DNA of 44,437 nt, taken from IMG/VR virus record IMGVR_UViG_3300048837_000071, positions 1 to 44,437 of that record. The stretch is one strand, 5' to 3'. Made by a program: the position numbers and the translations under genes. This DNA comes from a virus. Lineage: Duplodnaviria > Caudoviricetes. Positions 25,440 to 37,117 of this stretch are shown piece after piece. The notes below the pieces were generated by a model. It worked only from the letters and a program-made list of their open reading frames with translations. It made no database searches and had not been told where the DNA came from. Position 1 is the stretch's first letter, and the number at the start of each line of letters is the position of its first letter.

Positions 25440-27626
25440 TCAGTCTCCGAGTTCCACTTCGGCCGTGAGCGAGACGATCGTCACGGGAAGCGGGTCCGAT
25501 TGCCGGACGAATACTTGCCCCGAGTCGGTCCACGACGGCATCACGTCGACCTCGATTTCGCGGCTTTGCAGCGCCGGGGGCGAGCCGTAGGGCTCCGTCG
25601 TGCGGATCTTCGCTTCGGTCAGGTTGTCAGCATCGGGTCCGACGAAGATCCCCGACGAACGATAGACCCGCAGGTAGACCCGGTTGACGTTCTTCGTTCG
25701 CCCCTGCCCGTAGGCCGCGTCGATTTGCTGAGCGAGCGGCAAGGTCTGAAAGTCCGCTTCGATGGGCAAACCGATCTGCACGACGCTTGCCTCGACATCG
25801 AGGGTGATCTCGCCCCCGGTCACGGTGCGACGCGGATGCACGGCGCCGTCGGCCAGGATCGACACCTCTTCGCCTTCGAGGTGATCGAGCCCCGAGATTG
25901 TGTCCGTCGCCGCGCTGTCGTAGGTGAGTCCGCAGTCGACGAAGAACGCATCCTCCTGATCGACGAACTGCCTGCTCGCCAAGCGCTCGACATAGCGCAC
26001 GTCGGCGCCGTCAATCTCCCGCTTGACCACGACATAGAGTCGATCCTCATTCCCCTCGGCAACGACCGCGCAGGACTCGAACTCGCCGACCGTCGTGTCG
26101 TGCCAGGACCACGCGCCGATCTGTTGTTCCGGGACGTAGGTCAACGACAGTAGATAGCCGTTTGACGAGACGAACCAGACGATCGGGATCGGCGCTTTGC
26201 CATACGCCATGTCGACGATCTCGAGGTTGTCGAAGAGGTGCGCCGCGCGTAGGCAGAGATCCCCGGTCGAGAACCCGCCCGCTTGCCAGTTGTACGCCAG
26301 TTCGCGCACATGCCCGCCGCGCGCTGCGCCGTAGATCAGCGTGTTATTCACGATGACGGGTTGCACGTTGCTGGCGCCGACGTAGGATTGCGTCTTCGGG
26401 AACACGCTGGACGGGGTGAGCGCTTCGGAGTCGAGTGCTGCGATCCGCCACTCGGCCGAACTCGTGAGGATGAGCGGTTCGGAAAGCGGCACGATATGAC
26501 GGATCGTGTTTGCCTCGCGCGCCGCGATCCGGTACTTGATCCGGTCGTCGTCGCGCACGGGCAACCCGTAACTCATGTCCGACTCGGTGCCCGATCGGGT
26601 GAGCCAGAATGTTTGCAGTGCGTTGTTCGTGCCGCCGAACGCGCGGCGTTGTTCGATGTAGGACACCGCGGCCGGGTAGTTGCCGGACGAGTTGAACACC
26701 GTCTCGTAGATCGGCGGCGTCTTGCTCAAGTCCGGCGATATGTTGTCGTCGATGATCGACGTCCCGGTCGTCTGCCCGATATAGCCGTAGAGCCCGCCTT
26801 GTTGCTTGTAGACGTTGTATCGGCTGGCACCCGACACCGATGACCATGCGATCGTCGCAATGCCGCCCGTCTCGAGCAAGTTGCCCGCGTCCGTGCCCGA
26901 GGAGGATGCGACCGACTCGCTCACGCCGTCGGCGGCAATCGCCGTCACGACGTAGACGTAGTCGTATTTGTCGGCCGTGTGCCCCGAGCACGTCACCGTC
27001 GGCGCCCCGGGCGCGGCGATCGGTGCGGCGAAGCTGATCGTGCTCAGTTGCCAGTTCGTCGCTCCGACACGGCGAAGCTCGCGCGGCGCGTAAGACGGAT
27101 GAACGAGCGTGAGCACATCGGCCGATTGCACGTAGTGAATGTCGAAGAGGTGCGCTTCAACATAGGGGTTCGGAATCTCGTAGACCCCGGAAGCCGGGAG
27201 CGCGTACCAGTACGTCGCGTTCGGCGGCGCGTTGCCGGTCGTTGGGGCGATGCAGTAGTACCGCGTCCCGCTATGCGTGACGAGATCGCCCAGGACGTAC
27301 GCCGTGAGATTGTTGTAGGCAGCCGGTGAGCCGGCGAGGAGGGTTGCGCCTTGGGTGTGAAATCGGAAGTACCCCTCGCCGATCTCGATCACCATCGTTT
27401 GCGTCGTCGAGTAGGTGAACGGGATCAGGCGCGTGCGCTTCGCCGACGTCTTCACCTCGCGCACGAACTCAGTGCCGGCGCGGTTCTCAGCCGGACCCGT
27501 CGGCTTGCAAATGAAGTTGCGCGCTCGCGCGAGTCCGGATCGGTACTTCGAGTCGCCGATCATCCCGAACATTTCCGGCGACAGTTCGCCCCCGGAAAAG
27601 CTCGCGTGAAAGTCCCGTGTCGCCAT
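25440..27626 (-). CDS. Tail tubular protein B / nozzle
   Basis: SFSGGELSP start, QSADVL..VHP.YAP.EL.R, YP.AV...EQR..FGG, W..H; 728 aa. Confidence 0.88.
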   Translation of the reverse strand: MATRDFHASFSGGELSPEMFGMIGDSKYRSGLARARNFICKPTGPAENRAGTEFVREVKTSAKRTRLIPFTYSTTQTMVIEIGEGYFRFHTQGATLLAGSPAAYNNLTAYVLGDLVTHSGTRYYCIAPTTGNAPPNATYWYALPASGVYEIPNPYVEAHLFDIHYVQSADVLTLVHPSYAPRELRRVGATNWQLSTISFAAPIAAPGAPTVTCSGHTADKYDYVYVVTAIAADGVSESVASSSGTDAGNLLETGGIATIAWSSVSGASRYNVYKQQGGLYGYIGQTTGTSIIDDNISPDLSKTPPIYETVFNSSGNYPAAVSYIEQRRAFGGTNNALQTFWLTRSGTESDMSYGLPVRDDDRIKYRIAAREANTIRHIVPLSEPLILTSSAEWRIAALDSEALTPSSVFPKTQSYVGASNVQPVIVNNTLIYGAARGGHVRELAYNWQAGGFSTGDLCLRAAHLFDNLEIVDMAYGKAPIPIVWFVSSNGYLLSLTYVPEQQIGAWSWHDTTVGEFESCAVVAEGNEDRLYVVVKREIDGADVRYVERLASRQFVDQEDAFFVDCGLTYDSAATDTISGLDHLEGEEVSILADGAVHPRRTVTGGEITLDVEASVVQIGLPIEADFQTLPLAQQIDAAYGQGRTKNVNRVYLRVYRSSGIFVGPDADNLTEAKIRTTEPYGSPPALQSREIEVDVMPSWTDSGQVFVRQSDPLPVTIVSLTAEVELGD

Positions 27627-28234
27627 CAGTAGCGCGCCTCGATGAACCCCGGCGTGTGGTCAGGCTCGACGTGGCGTTGATTGGCGTCGAACTCGATCGC
27701 CTTGCCCAAGAGCATCTGATAGATCGCGAACTGGTTCTTCGCTTCCTTCCGGCCGGCGTCGCCCTTGATGACCGGCCCGGCCAGGTACGCGGCGAGGAGC
27801 CGGCTAATTGCCGACGTGACGTGCGGGGGATACTTGGTCGGATCGGTCGCCTTGATCGTGTAGAGCAAGGTCGCGTCCTCAAGGTTCGTGTAGATCACGA
27901 TCGACCCGTCGTCGGCCGCCAGCGTCTCGTAATCCTCAGACTCGCCGGTCGTCGATGCGTCGGACGAGAGGATCGAGAGCACGCGCAGGGTCAGGTTCGG
28001 CTCAGCGTACGCGTAGGACCAATTGAACGTGTCGACGTCGAGGAGCGCGAGCGTCTTGCGCCGTGTGTTGAACTTCCACGCATGCGCCTCGAGCACTTCG
28101 TCGCGTGCGATCGGATAGTAGCGCTGGCACTGCTCAGCTTGCGCGGAGCCCTCGGGCGGATCGAGCGAGGCGACCGTCCCCGGGTTCCCGATGTGGGCGA
28201 GCGCGAGGTTCGCGATTTCGACTTCGGATGCCAT
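27626..28234 (-). CDS. Tail tubular protein A / head-tail adaptor
   Basis: S.VEIANLAL.HIG...H.W.F...W.YAY..P; synteny. Confidence 0.85.
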   Translation of the reverse strand: MASEVEIANLALAHIGNPGTVASLDPPEGSAQAEQCQRYYPIARDEVLEAHAWKFNTRRKTLALLDVDTFNWSYAYAEPNLTLRVLSILSSDASTTGESEDYETLAADDGSIVIYTNLEDATLLYTIKATDPTKYPPHVTSAISRLLAAYLAGPVIKGDAGRKEAKNQFAIYQMLLGKAIEFDANQRHVEPDHTPGFIEARY

Positions 28235-28245
28235 ACAACCCCCTC

Positions 28246-28280
28246 AAAGAAAAACGGGGCCGCGGTTGCCCACGACCCCG
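28246..28280 (-). terminator. Rho-independent terminator after the capsid genes
   Basis: CGGGGTCGTGG-GCAA-CCGCGGCCCCG followed by TTTTTCTTT on the minus strand. Confidence 0.85.
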
Positions 28281-28310
28281 AAGCACACCCACGGGAGGAG
28301 GGTCGCGGGA

Positions 28311-28529
28311 TTAGGTCAAGTCGTCGCCTGCGGGCGGCTCTGCGGGCGGGTTCTCCGGAGTCTGAGGCGCGTCCGACTTCGCCTTCTTCAGCTTTTCCGG
28401 CTTGATCTCTCGCAACGTCTCCCCGAGCTTCATCCCCTCGGGGAAGGTCGTCTCGAACACCTCGCCCGCCTTGACGAGACGACACTCGTGAGAGATCCAG
28501 CGATCGACATCGGTAACGTAGCGCGGCAT
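28311..28529 (-). CDS. Small head-region protein
   Basis: RBS and position after the cement gene. Confidence 0.7.
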   Translation of the reverse strand: MPRYVTDVDRWISHECRLVKAGEVFETTFPEGMKLGETLREIKPEKLKKAKSDAPQTPENPPAEPPAGDDLT

Positions 28530-28539
28530 CGTCTACCCC

Positions 28540-28992
28540 TTAGGCGACCGTGAAGCCGGACGAGTAGAACACGCCGACTTGCGGGTAGTCGCGGGTGACG
28601 TGCGCCGTGAACTTGCCGGCCGTGAGCGGACCCGTCGCGACCGTGTATTGCAGGCCGAGATAACGCTGACCGACCGGCTGAGCGGCCAGGAGCGCCGGGG
28701 CGACCCACAGGACGATCGGCTCGCGGCCCAAGGTGAGATCCGCCTTGCCGATGACACCCGTCTCGACGAGCACCGTCGGGGTGCCAAGGTTCGCGGCAGC
28801 CGACGAGATCAATTGGAAGTTGACCGTCGCGGAGCCGGCTGCGGTCGCAGCCTCGTCCACGCCGATGACGACGTAGAGCGGGTTGCCGATGCCGATGTCC
28901 CGGGCGAGCCCCAGGTCGAGCGTGTTGGTCGACACGGCCGTCGAGGTGACAGCCTGCGCGGACGACAGTTGCAAGAGTGCGTCGGTGAGCAT
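28540..28992 (-). CDS. Capsid cement/decoration protein (Bbp16-like)
   Basis: D.LL.LS.AQAVT.TAVSTN.LDLG...RYL.L.YTVA.GPLTAGKFTA; follows the major capsid gene. Confidence 0.85.
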   Translation of the reverse strand: MLTDALLQLSSAQAVTSTAVSTNTLDLGLARDIGIGNPLYVVIGVDEAATAAGSATVNFQLISSAAANLGTPTVLVETGVIGKADLTLGREPIVLWVAPALLAAQPVGQRYLGLQYTVATGPLTAGKFTAHVTRDYPQVGVFYSSGFTVA

Positions 28993-29019
28993 GCTAGATT
29001 CCCTTTCCTCGACGTTCGA

Positions 29020-30039
29020 TTAGGATACGAGCGATTCGGCGATGCCCAGCCCGTCGCATCGACGCACCGGAATGCCCATGAACGTGAGCACGTTCATGTT
29101 CGTGCCGAACTGCGAAAGCGCTTGCTGGATCGCAAGCACACCGCTGGACTTCTCCATCGCTTGAATCATCAAGCCTTCTTGGATGGAGCGGTTGCAGTAG
29201 AACGCCGCGCGACCCATCGAGAAGTTCGGGATTCGCGCGATGGCGCGCATCATGAGCTTGAGCAGGTTGGTCGCCGCCGTGCTCGCTTGCGTACCCGTGA
29301 CGCCGACCCAATCCGACACGTCGATGTTCGGGATGCGAACGACATAGCGCCAGTCCTTCACGACCATGCCGGCGTCCCATTGGAAGAGGGAGCGTGCAGC
29401 TTGGTAGAAATACCCGTTGCTGTCCGCGACCGACTCTTCGCCCAAGTCGCGCGATTGCAACCCGGCTACGCTCCCCTTCGGGTAGGTCATGAAGCAGGCT
29501 TGCTCGCCCCACACGATGAGGTACATCGAGGCGTTGTCGGACGTCGATCCCCCGCCAAGAATGATGTTGTTCCCGTTGCCGGCCGACGTGCTCGAGTAGC
29601 GCGTCGCCAACCCGGAGAACGTCTTGAGATCGGTCGCGACGTTGCCGTTGAATATCTTGCTCGTCATTTCCTGCCCCATCTTTTCGATGAAGGCGGACTC
29701 TTCCGAGAGACGATACGCTGCGCTGTTGCCGTTGAGCGTGAGCAACTTCGCGTCGATGTGCGAACGCGCCTCGAGCATCGCGATCGGCTCGGTGATCTGA
29801 GCGGTCGTCGACTTGCTGGACGGCACGCCCGCGTTGTATTGGCGCCAGTACACATCGGGCAATCCTGTTCGGATCGTCTCGACGTGACTCGTCGGTTGAT
29901 TTGCCTCCCGGAAGACGACGTCCTCGAGGATCTCGTTCGATTGCGAAAGCAGTTCCGCAATCGGATTGACCTTCCCGTCGGGGGCGGTACGCTTCGAAAT
30001 GTCGGCGAGGGTGAGTTGCCCTGTGCTCAGAGTTGCCAT
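29020..30039 (-). CDS. Major capsid protein (BPP-1 Bbp17-like)
   Basis: TLAD..KR..PDG...IAELLSQ.NEILED...RTGLP...WR...DWRYVVRI.NIDVS...F.GIPVRR.D. Confidence 0.92.
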   Translation of the reverse strand: MATLSTGQLTLADISKRTAPDGKVNPIAELLSQSNEILEDVVFREANQPTSHVETIRTGLPDVYWRQYNAGVPSSKSTTAQITEPIAMLEARSHIDAKLLTLNGNSAAYRLSEESAFIEKMGQEMTSKIFNGNVATDLKTFSGLATRYSSTSAGNGNNIILGGGSTSDNASMYLIVWGEQACFMTYPKGSVAGLQSRDLGEESVADSNGYFYQAARSLFQWDAGMVVKDWRYVVRIPNIDVSDWVGVTGTQASTAATNLLKLMMRAIARIPNFSMGRAAFYCNRSIQEGLMIQAMEKSSGVLAIQQALSQFGTNMNVLTFMGIPVRRCDGLGIAESLVS

Positions 30040-30049
30040 AGTGCCTCCG

Positions 30050-30652
30050 TTACGGGTTCATGTCCGGATACATGCGTTGCGCGAGTGTCTTGGGCGCGTC
30101 CTTGGTCGGACCGCCCGTGACGATCTTGTTGTCCTCGCCGATCGCTTTTCCGATCCGCAAGAACGTGCGGAGCACTTCGGGGTGATCCCCGAGTCCGCTT
30201 GTATTCAGGAATTCGACGAACTCCGGGGTTGCGAAGGATTCGAGCCCTTTCTTCGCAACGGCGAGGTTCTCGTCGAACTTCTCGCCGCCGAACTCCGCGT
30301 CGTTCTTCGAGGCTTCGGCCCATCCGGCTTTCAGCGCGGTGACTGCTTCGGCTTGCTGGGCCGCCATGACGGGGGCGACCGAGTCGAGGATTTTTTGCGC
30401 GGCGTCCTGGGTGAGATCCAGTTCCTTCGCGGCCGTCGTGTAGGCGGCGAGAACTTGTTCGTTGAACGACTGACCCTCGGGCGCCTTGAACTCGTACGCC
30501 TCGGGCGCGTTGCGCTTGACCGCCTCGGTTGTCTGAGTCGTTTGCTCGGTCGTCTGAGTCGTCGCGGTTTGCGATTCGGTGCCGGTTTCAGCGGTTTGCG
30601 TCGTCGCCGTCTGCTCGGTCACCGTTGCGGTCGTTTGCGATCCGTCGGGCAT
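30050..30652 (-). CDS. Scaffolding protein
   Basis: Thr/Gln/Glu-rich N-terminus, PE.YEF, GLGDHPE; directly before the major capsid gene. Confidence 0.8.
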   Translation of the reverse strand: MPDGSQTTATVTEQTATTQTAETGTESQTATTQTTEQTTQTTEAVKRNAPEAYEFKAPEGQSFNEQVLAAYTTAAKELDLTQDAAQKILDSVAPVMAAQQAEAVTALKAGWAEASKNDAEFGGEKFDENLAVAKKGLESFATPEFVEFLNTSGLGDHPEVLRTFLRIGKAIGEDNKIVTGGPTKDAPKTLAQRMYPDMNP

Positions 30653-30950
30653 TTGCCTCACTCACCATCACGAAATACTGGTTCGGACACAGTTCGTTGA
30701 TAAGCTCCAAGTGCCGCAACCCTTCGACCTTTCGCCCTTCCAGTAGCGCCATGACGAGCGCGTCGGAGTTGAACGATGATGCGAAGATCCCGGCTCTTTC
30801 GAGCAATCGCCACACATACGCGCGACCTTGCTCTGACCCCATCAACCACTTGGTTTCGTTCTCGTCGTCTTGCCGGGCGCGCTTTGCAAGTTCCTCGCGC
30901 TGCGCTAACTCAACTTGCTCACGGCTTAGATCAAACGGGTTCGAATCCAT
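30588..30950 (-). CDS. Bbp19-like head-region protein
   Basis: KWLM.SEQGR..VWRLLE.AG.F..SF......A..EG. Confidence 0.8.
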   Translation of the reverse strand: MDSNPFDLSREQVELAQREELAKRARQDDENETKWLMGSEQGRAYVWRLLERAGIFASSFNSDALVMALLEGRKVEGLRHLELINELCPNQYFVMVSEANARRIANDRNGDRADGDDANR

Positions 30951-30959
30951 GACGGTGCG

Positions 30960-30992
30960 ACTCTAACCCCGCGCTTCGGAGTTACGCGTACC
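30960..30992 (-). promoter_or_regulatory. Late promoter copy 2: GGTACGCGTAACTC-N13-TAGAGT
   Basis: 14-mer at 30979-30992; ATG 30950 lies 9 nt past the -10. Confidence 0.85.
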
Positions 30993-30993
30993 C

Positions 30994-31512
30994 CTAGATG
31001 AACGTGATGGGTTGCCAGGACGAGCCGTCCCAATACTTCGCGCGAGCGGTGACGCCCGTTGCTTGAGAGACGGTCGGCGTGTAGCCGGTAAGCGTGAGAT
31101 TGCCGGTCGTCGGCTCGATCGTGATCGGTTGATCGATCGTTGGTACGTACCCGGTGAGCGCAAGGTTGCCACTCGTCGGCGTGAGCGATCCGTCGACAGG
31201 TTGATCGATCGTCGGCGCGTAGCCGGTGAGAACGAGATTGCCAGTCGTCGGCTCGACGGTTGTTGACTTGCTGAGTGTCGGGGTGTAGCCGGTGAGCGCA
31301 AGATTCCCGGTCGACGGCGTGAGCGTGCGGGGTTGATCGACACTCGGCGTATGCCCGGTGAGTTCGAGATTCCCGGTCGACGGGTCGAGCGTTGTGCCAC
31401 CACCGCCTGCCGATACCGTTTCATTGACCTGAGCGCCTCCAGCGCCCATGTACTCGTCGTCACCGACCTCGTTGATCCAGGCGCCATCGGCACCCATGTA
31501 CTGACGGGACAT
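30994..31512 (-). CDS. Repeat protein with five ~22-aa P(S/T)(T/S)GNL.LTG..P(T/S) units
   Basis: Repeats visible in the translation; likely a virion appendage. Confidence 0.75.
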   Translation of the reverse strand: MSRQYMGADGAWINEVGDDEYMGAGGAQVNETVSAGGGGTTLDPSTGNLELTGHTPSVDQPRTLTPSTGNLALTGYTPTLSKSTTVEPTTGNLVLTGYAPTIDQPVDGSLTPTSGNLALTGYVPTIDQPITIEPTTGNLTLTGYTPTVSQATGVTARAKYWDGSSWQPITFI

Positions 31513-32822
31513 TAGCTGATCTGCAACTCAGGATCGACGTACACGGTGTAACTAGCCTTCGCCATGCACACGCGAGCTATGATGAGCCCCTTCTCCTGCG
31601 GCGTGAACGTAACGGACAGCTTTTGCTCGTTTGGATTGGTCATGCCCGTCGTGGTCCACGTCGCTGAACTGGCAGTTTGATCCGCAGCGGTGGCGAGCAC
31701 ATCCGCAACCGCGTCATCAACGAACAAAGCCAATGGAACGCCGGACGTGCCGAGATACTCGACTTCCAACCATATCTCGTTGTCCTTGAGATTGGTCGCA
31801 GAATCATGCAGAAAATCTACCGTGACAGTCACGGCCGACCCGGTAACCTCGTTCCATTTCTGGATTTCAGGCGAAACGAGCAAATGGAGCGGATATTCCG
31901 CATCGCCGCTCGTGGCGAACTTCCATGCCATGCCCGTTGTGCCGTCGGACGCGCCGCCCGTCTTAACTAAGGTCGTTTCGTCCTTGATTGAGCCGGCGTA
32001 GTCCTCGACCCATAGCTTGTAGTTCGTGTCTGCAGAGTCGCAGTTGATGAGTTGTGCTCGCACCTTTCCGGCCGTCTTAGATCCCGTCACGAGCGACCCT
32101 GACCACGACGCAGGGAGCTTGCAGTTGCGGAATGTCACAACCCCGGAGCCGCCCTCCAAGGAGACCAAGTTGAGGGTCGAAGCAAAGTTGCTCAGATCCA
32201 CGCCGTCGAAAAGCATGCCCCCTCGGCTGCTTGCGTCGAGGAATCGGTATAGGTAGCTTGGTGTTGTCGTGCCGGACTCGACCCCGCCGCCGCGCCACTC
32301 AAGATAGGTGCGAGAGATGATGTACTGAGCGGCATTGGCGAACTTGATCGTGCAATCTTTCCATGTCACGCGACCTGTGACACCGCTGTTCACGGCATAG
32401 ATCTGTCCAGCTGTGCCCGTCAGATCGAACGTGCAGTTATCGTACGCCTGCACGTTCGGGGATGTGTTCGCCAATAGAAGCGAGCCCGCCGATCGAAGAA
32501 TCAGCCCGTAGGCGTAGAAGTTGCCTTGCAGGGTGAAGTTACTCCCCCCCGTGTTGGCGATAACCGCCCCACGGGTGAGCGCAGACGCACCCGCGCCGCC
32601 CGTTGGCGTCACCGACAATAATTGACTAGGCGTCGCCAGCGTCCCAGCTACGTTGTAAGTCAACGCCGACGCAGTTGATTCCGAGTGGCGGTAGTCGAAT
32701 AACCAGCGATCCCCCGCCGCGTCCGCAGCATCAACAGCCGCAGCCGTCAGTTCAGCGTTCGCCCATGACAGCCCGTCGCCGCCGCTTCCAGGGGTGAAGT
32801 TGTCGATGAATCTGTCGGTCAT
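31512..32822 (-). CDS. Putative beta-helical spike-like structural protein
   Basis: 436 aa, Gly/Ser/Thr/Asn-rich with DNCTF, KDCTI, RNCKL, INCD repeats. Confidence 0.6.
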   Translation of the reverse strand: MTDRFIDNFTPGSGGDGLSWANAELTAAAVDAADAAGDRWLFDYRHSESTASALTYNVAGTLATPSQLLSVTPTGGAGASALTRGAVIANTGGSNFTLQGNFYAYGLILRSAGSLLLANTSPNVQAYDNCTFDLTGTAGQIYAVNSGVTGRVTWKDCTIKFANAAQYIISRTYLEWRGGGVESGTTTPSYLYRFLDASSRGGMLFDGVDLSNFASTLNLVSLEGGSGVVTFRNCKLPASWSGSLVTGSKTAGKVRAQLINCDSADTNYKLWVEDYAGSIKDETTLVKTGGASDGTTGMAWKFATSGDAEYPLHLLVSPEIQKWNEVTGSAVTVTVDFLHDSATNLKDNEIWLEVEYLGTSGVPLALFVDDAVADVLATAADQTASSATWTTTGMTNPNEQKLSVTFTPQEKGLIIARVCMAKASYTVYVDPELQIS

Positions 32823-33077
32823 CTATTCCCCCTGCGCCGCTTGCACAGCAAGCCACGCCGTGCGCAGGTTAGTCATACGCGTCTTCATCTGATTGTACTG
32901 CGTAAGCGTCAGGCCGAACGCATTGCGAACTTGCGCGTCCGTCAGGTCTGTCGCCTCGATGCGATTGAGCAGCCACGTCGCCAGTCGCGCAGCCTCTTCA
33001 CGAGACGCCGAGCGATAGCGTTCGCGGAATCGTGCCGCAAACTGAGATGCGGTCTGGTGCTTGAGCCTAAGCGCCAC
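32823..33077 (-). CDS. Hypothetical protein
   Basis: Packed in the operon. Confidence 0.65.
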   Translation of the reverse strand: MALRLKHQTASQFAARFRERYRSASREEAARLATWLLNRIEATDLTDAQVRNAFGLTLTQYNQMKTRMTNLRTAWLAVQAAQGE

Positions 33078-33291
33078 CGATCAACTCCTCGAACTCTTGC
33101 GCTGCGGCTCGCTCTTCCAACTGCGCAGCACGAGCGTCGGCGATAGCCTGCAAGTCTTTGCCCTCCGTCATGATCGGGCCGTACTCAATGTCACTCACCG
33201 ACCCGTCATCCCATGTATGCAGTTCACGCACATAGCGCGAGCCGTTCGCCTGGGCGTGGCCTACGGTGTAGGTTGAGGAGACGATCGGCAT
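33067..33291 (-). CDS. Hypothetical protein
   Basis: Packed in the operon. Confidence 0.65.
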   Translation of the reverse strand: MPIVSSTYTVGHAQANGSRYVRELHTWDDGSVSDIEYGPIMTEGKDLQAIADARAAQLEERAAAQEFEELIGGA

Positions 33292-33294
33292 TGT

Positions 33295-33756
33295 CTACGC
33301 CCTCGCAATGTCGAACCAACCGTCCGTCGGACAGTTGATCGTCAACGTGTTTCCGTCGAGCGTGGCAGGCACATCAGCCGGCGAACTGTCACCGAGGAAG
33401 TATCCCAGGAGCGGCGAAGTCTTACCCCATAGCGAGCCGCTCACGTAGAGCACCCCGTATCGCCACGCAGGGATATTCCCACCGGAAGCGGTCCAGGCTG
33501 CGGCCGCGCTTGAGAACTTCCATCCGTTCGTGATCGCGGTCGCCGCCAGCGACGACAAGCTCACGCCACCGGTCGTGTACCCGTTGCCGTTGGCGATCTC
33601 GTTCGTCAGATCGGCGAGCACCGCGTGCCCGGATGTACCGTTGCTCGGCGTATAGGACGAGGAGAGCAAAGCGAGCTTGACCGTCGCACTGGTGATGTCG
33701 TTGATGCGAACGTCGTCGATGTTCGCTGCGTAGAAAGTGAATGCGCCGGCCGCCAT
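33295..33756 (-). CDS. Small beta-rich virion structural protein
   Basis: VKLALL.SSYTP...NEIA.GNGYTTGG..L, a pattern recalled from phage fibre-associated clusters. Confidence 0.65.
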   Translation of the reverse strand: MAAGAFTFYAANIDDVRINDITSATVKLALLSSSYTPSNGTSGHAVLADLTNEIANGNGYTTGGVSLSSLAATAITNGWKFSSAAAAWTASGGNIPAWRYGVLYVSGSLWGKTSPLLGYFLGDSSPADVPATLDGNTLTINCPTDGWFDIARA

Positions 33757-33765
33757 GTCGAACCC

Positions 33766-35734
<1,969 letters not shown>

Positions 35735-35735
<1 letters not shown>

Positions 35736-36538
35736 CAGATGCGCTCCATGTACGGCGGCAGATCCATTGCACCGCTGAACCAGTAATCTGATATGGCGTA
35801 GGCGAGGCGCGGATCGCGACGCTCCATTCGCACCGCCAGGAAGCGAGCAAGGCCAGCCGCAGTCGACCCACCCGCACCCATCAAGCCGGTATTCGTGCTG
35901 GTCCCCGTGGCGTACCCACCGAGCACTAGGCCCGCGTTGCTTGCAACGGCAGGCGGAGTGTTTCGCGCTGTGTCATTTGCGCGAGGAATGCGGCCATTTA
36001 GATGCACCGTGACGGCCACGCGGTCGGGGTCCATCGCAAAATCCCACTCGATGACGTAGCTGTTGCGCTGCCCGGTCGTGGGTGCAATGGCACTTGTTGC
36101 CAAGACTGTCTGCTCTGAAGCGCCGCTCGGCTTGTAAAGCACAGACATGGCGTTCGATGTCGGCAGGGCCACACGAATGCCGCCCGTGGCCCCCGACCCA
36201 GGAAGCCAAACGCCGAACAGCGTTTCTGTGCTCGTGGTCGGGATGGATCCGTAGTACAGATCGAACGCCGTGATGAGCGACCCGCCGAGATTGGCCAGGT
36301 TGAACAGCGCCTCGATGTACGCGTTGCCGTTCGTCGTCCGCAGCGTGTTTCCGGCAGTGTCGAACGTCCAGCGGCCCGCGTTGGCCCATGCGCCGGTCGT
36401 GGTACCCGCCGCCGAGATGGTCGGCCCGTTGCCCAGACCATCGGCGAGCGACGTACCAGCGCCTTCGTGAAACCGATAGAACACCGCTCGGGACGTGAAT
36501 CCGGATTTCTTGACCGGCGCAATCGCAATGGCCGTCAT
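35735..36538 (-). CDS. Putative LamG/ConA-like lectin-domain protein
   Basis: FYRFHEGAGT.LAD..GNG start, beta-rich, VHLNG. Confidence 0.5.
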
Positions 36539-37116
36539 CCGATCACCTGAACCTCAAGGAAACACGGCAAAATCGTGTCGATGTGCGTCGTGCTCAGACC
36601 GTTGGGGATTCCGATGGCGTCAATTCGGGTAATCGCCTCGTCCACAACCAACTCAATCATGGCGTTGCTCTTGCTGACCATGAACGTGTCCGCCGCGCCA
36701 GAGGAACTGGTCGAGGCGCCGGTAATGTCGGTGTACGTGAGGCGGGTGTTCGCGGTCGAATCGTCGGGAGCATTGACCGTGATCCGAGCGCCCAAGGCAA
36801 TCTCGCCAAAGAATGCTTGCGTTGCCTGAGTGTCAGGACCGGCGATGCCTGCGCCGTGCCAGATCAACCGGATGCGTCGGGCGGTTGCTGCGAAGGAGTC
36901 GAACTTGATGCGATCGGCCGCAACGTTCACCGACGAGGTAATGTCGGCCGGCATGTCGGCAACGGCGTCGAATCGGGCAATGCGTTGATCGACTGCGCCC
37001 GCACCCGCAGAGGTCTGGACGATCGACACATGCGCCGCATTTGAAGTGATCCCAACAGCATCGACAGTTCCGTCACTTTGAACCCCTAGCATCGGCGTTC
37101 CACCATGAGTCGTCAT
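36535..37116 (-). CDS. Hypothetical beta-rich protein
   Basis: Directly follows the portal gene; ATGA coupling downstream. Confidence 0.65.
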   Translation of the reverse strand: MTTHGGTPMLGVQSDGTVDAVGITSNAAHVSIVQTSAGAGAVDQRIARFDAVADMPADITSSVNVAADRIKFDSFAATARRIRLIWHGAGIAGPDTQATQAFFGEIALGARITVNAPDDSTANTRLTYTDITGASTSSSGAADTFMVSKSNAMIELVVDEAITRIDAIGIPNGLSTTHIDTILPCFLEVQVIG

Positions 37117-37117
37117 A

